DNA of 64,000 bases from Entomortierella parvispora E1425 (Eukaryota; Fungi; Mortierellomycota). The notes beneath the pieces were generated by a model that saw only the letters and a list, made by a program, of their open reading frames with translations, was not told the DNA's origin and ran no database searches. The DNA lies in contig BQFW01000002.1 in assembly GCA_020891255.1 (NCBI GenBank), positions 806,001 to 870,000 on the forward strand. Direction: 5' to 3'. A program made the position numbers and the translations under genes. Positions 62,110 to 64,000 of this stretch are shown in pieces. The first letter of the stretch is position 1. The number at the start of each line of letters is the position of its first letter.

Positions 62110-63395
62110 ATATATCCCGCCCTTCCTCTCTGCTTTCATTTGCCTCTTTCTCCTCTCCCCCTTCCAGCATTTTCCTTTTGTAATTCTACCCTTTTCTAGT
62201 TTAAAACAAAAAGCAATATTATTAGATCCTCACTGTTGTGGAAAACCTACACGGTACTCCCCTTCACCAAGCATGATGACCTGGCATATGTGGAGGACGA
62301 GAGGAGGGCCCAATTACCACACGGTCTGGCTCATGTCTTCAGGATGTGGGCGGAAGCAAGCATGCGACTTTTTTTTTTTTTTTTTTTTTTTTTGTGAGGA
62401 AGCCCGTCAACTATCTTGCCAGCATCAATGAATTCGACTCGCTTGTACGCGCCAACATGGACGGATCAAGTCCCCATTCGATGACAATCCATATGAAAGA
62501 ATCTGACCACACGACTCTACCCTTCCGCGTCCCACCAATACACGAGAACAAACGAGTCGTTTATGATATCCTCCTGGAGAATCCCAAAATACAGTGGGAG
62601 GGGGAGTGTTTTTTTTTTTTTATTTTGTCTTTGCCATCCTTGGTCAGGCCAACGCGCGAAAGAGGTTTCAAGACGAACAGGAAAGAAAGAGCAGTGGACA
62701 GGAACAATGGGGCTCAAAGAGAAAGTAGGGTCCTTGGTTGGCGGTGCTATTCATTCTATTTCACTATTGCTGTTCCCATTGACGAACTCATGCAGTGCGG
62801 CCATTCAACTTTGTACAGCTCTCCGGGAACTCAGGTCTCTGAAGCCCTTCACCTGGAGCAGTCAATGGCAACACAACTTGACTTTGACCCCTCTTTAGTG
62901 TACAGAGAGACAGAGAGGGAAGGAGAGAGTGCGTCGCCATCATCATTTCATAGTGTCAACCCCTTTCCTCTCTGCGTGTCTGTCCGTCACGATCCATCGA
63001 ATGTCGTTTTTTTTTTTTTTTTTGGAATTTTTGAAATTTTTGAAATTTTTCCTGTTCTATCCGCCATGGTCACTTTCGAAAAGAGAGCTTCCAAAGAACA
63101 GAAGTTGAGACAATTGACAACTCTTTCCAACGTTCGTTGAATACCAGTCTGAGATGAAGTTGTGACCAAACGAGCAATGACCAAGAGACTCTTTCTCAAT
63201 ATGACCCAAGCCCCCCTGTTTATATTTTTCTGCATCACTCTACCTACAGGAACTCGACTATGGAGGGTCATTCTTCCGCATCCATAGCTCCGTTAAAAAC
63301 AAAATAAATGAAAACAATATCAGAATACTAGGGCTATCCGAGTTAGGTCAAATGGAGGTGCTTGCTGTCGAGTTCGCTCACAACGGGTCATTGAT

Positions 63396-64000
63396 TTATA
63401 GTCCTTGCCCCATTCCTGGCCGATTCTTGAGACGTTTAGAAGAGTCGTGGTCTGCTTCCCGGAAAGCACTCTTGCTCGATCCAGAGCTAGGACCCGCCGA
63501 GTTAGCGCCGGTGGTACCCGCACCCGAGGAACTGTGGCCGCTCACTGGAGCTGAAGGATGGTGTGGATGGGTCGAGGAGACCGTGCTATGACTGACACTG
63601 CTTTTAACACTGGCCCCACTGTTGGCGCGCGACAAGATGGAGGGACGCGTCGAGCTGGCCTTTGTGCTCGTTGTGGTCAAAGTCTTTGTACTGTCCGAGT
63701 GGCGTTCGTGCAGTTCACGTTCTTTTCGACGTTGCCTCTCTTCCTTGTCCTGATCCTGCTGCTGCAACTCTTCCAGTCGGCGCACCAGCGAGTCCGAGGC
63801 CAATTGGGCTGTGGAGGACGAGGACGCCAAAGACGCGCTATAGTCATGGTCATTTCCTCGGCGGAAGGTCGGAGCGCCTGCAAGGACAGACGAAATATCC
63901 TGTCGGCTATCCCACTCTGAATCCCTGGTTCGGAATGAGGATGTTTTAGAACGGATCGACGCACGATCGTCCTCCAACATGGGTTCGCGAGAAAGCGGGC
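63396..64000 (-). CDS. 3' end of an unidentified gene (Ser-rich region with short coiled coil); runs off the right edge
   Basis: Open frame of at least 194 codons ending at 63396, with low-complexity Ser/Thr and LVRRLEELQQQDQDKEERQRRKERE. No recognisable domain. Confidence 0.6.
   Translation of the reverse strand, partial: PLSREPMLEDDRASIRSKTSSFRTRDSEWDSRQDISSVLAGAPTFRRGNDHDYSASLASSSSTAQLASDSLVRRLEELQQQDQDKEERQRRKERELHERHSDSTKTLTTTSTKASSTRPSILSRANSGASVKSSVSHSTVSSTHPHHPSAPVSGHSSSGAGTTGANSAGPSSGSSKSAFREADHDSSKRLKNRPGMGQGL

Noticed and set aside
1-64000. Search for tRNA, rRNA, CRISPR arrays, transposase/reverse-transcriptase ORFs and LTR/TIR pairs
   Set aside because: None recognised by eye; small ncRNAs or MITEs could be missed without Infernal, tRNAscan-SE or RepeatModeler.

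Overview
Eukaryotic, intron-rich fungal genomic DNA (about 50% GC, GT-AG introns with CTAAC/CTGAC-type branch points, many microsatellites and poly-A/T tracts). An early-diverging Mucoromycota/Mortierellaceae-like origin is my inference from gene content and style, not a database result. About 19 protein-coding genes can be read, most spliced so the ORF track fragments them: ERG7 (truncated at the left edge), an m-AAA protease, CWC22, a multi-LIM protein, a BAR-SH3 protein, a Rab5-family GTPase, SMU1, a DUF4436-like membrane protein, a KAR9-like/GAR protein, a small lipid-anchored repeat protein, an APSES-ankyrin (Mbp1/Swi4-type) factor, LRO1, GLN4, an orphan coiled-coil protein, an NAD(P)-binding reductase, a class-V PLP enzyme, YKT6, XLF, BOL3 and a partial gene at the right edge. 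No tRNA, rRNA, CRISPR array or recognisable transposon was seen. The strongest lead is the DUF4436-like gene (23966-26179, minus), whose spliced product shows the ordered motifs of a pentameric ligand-gated (Pro-loop) ion channel, a family generally regarded as absent from fungi. Other leads: an orphan myristoylated beta-hairpin-repeat protein, a BAR-SH3 protein ending in an MPRIP/PEAK1-like Cys/His motif, a KAR9-GAR fusion with a split GAR domain, a hidden micro-exon zinc-ribbon N-terminus on the LIM gene, and several motif arrays in intergenic DNA. All family assignments come from motif recognition by eye.
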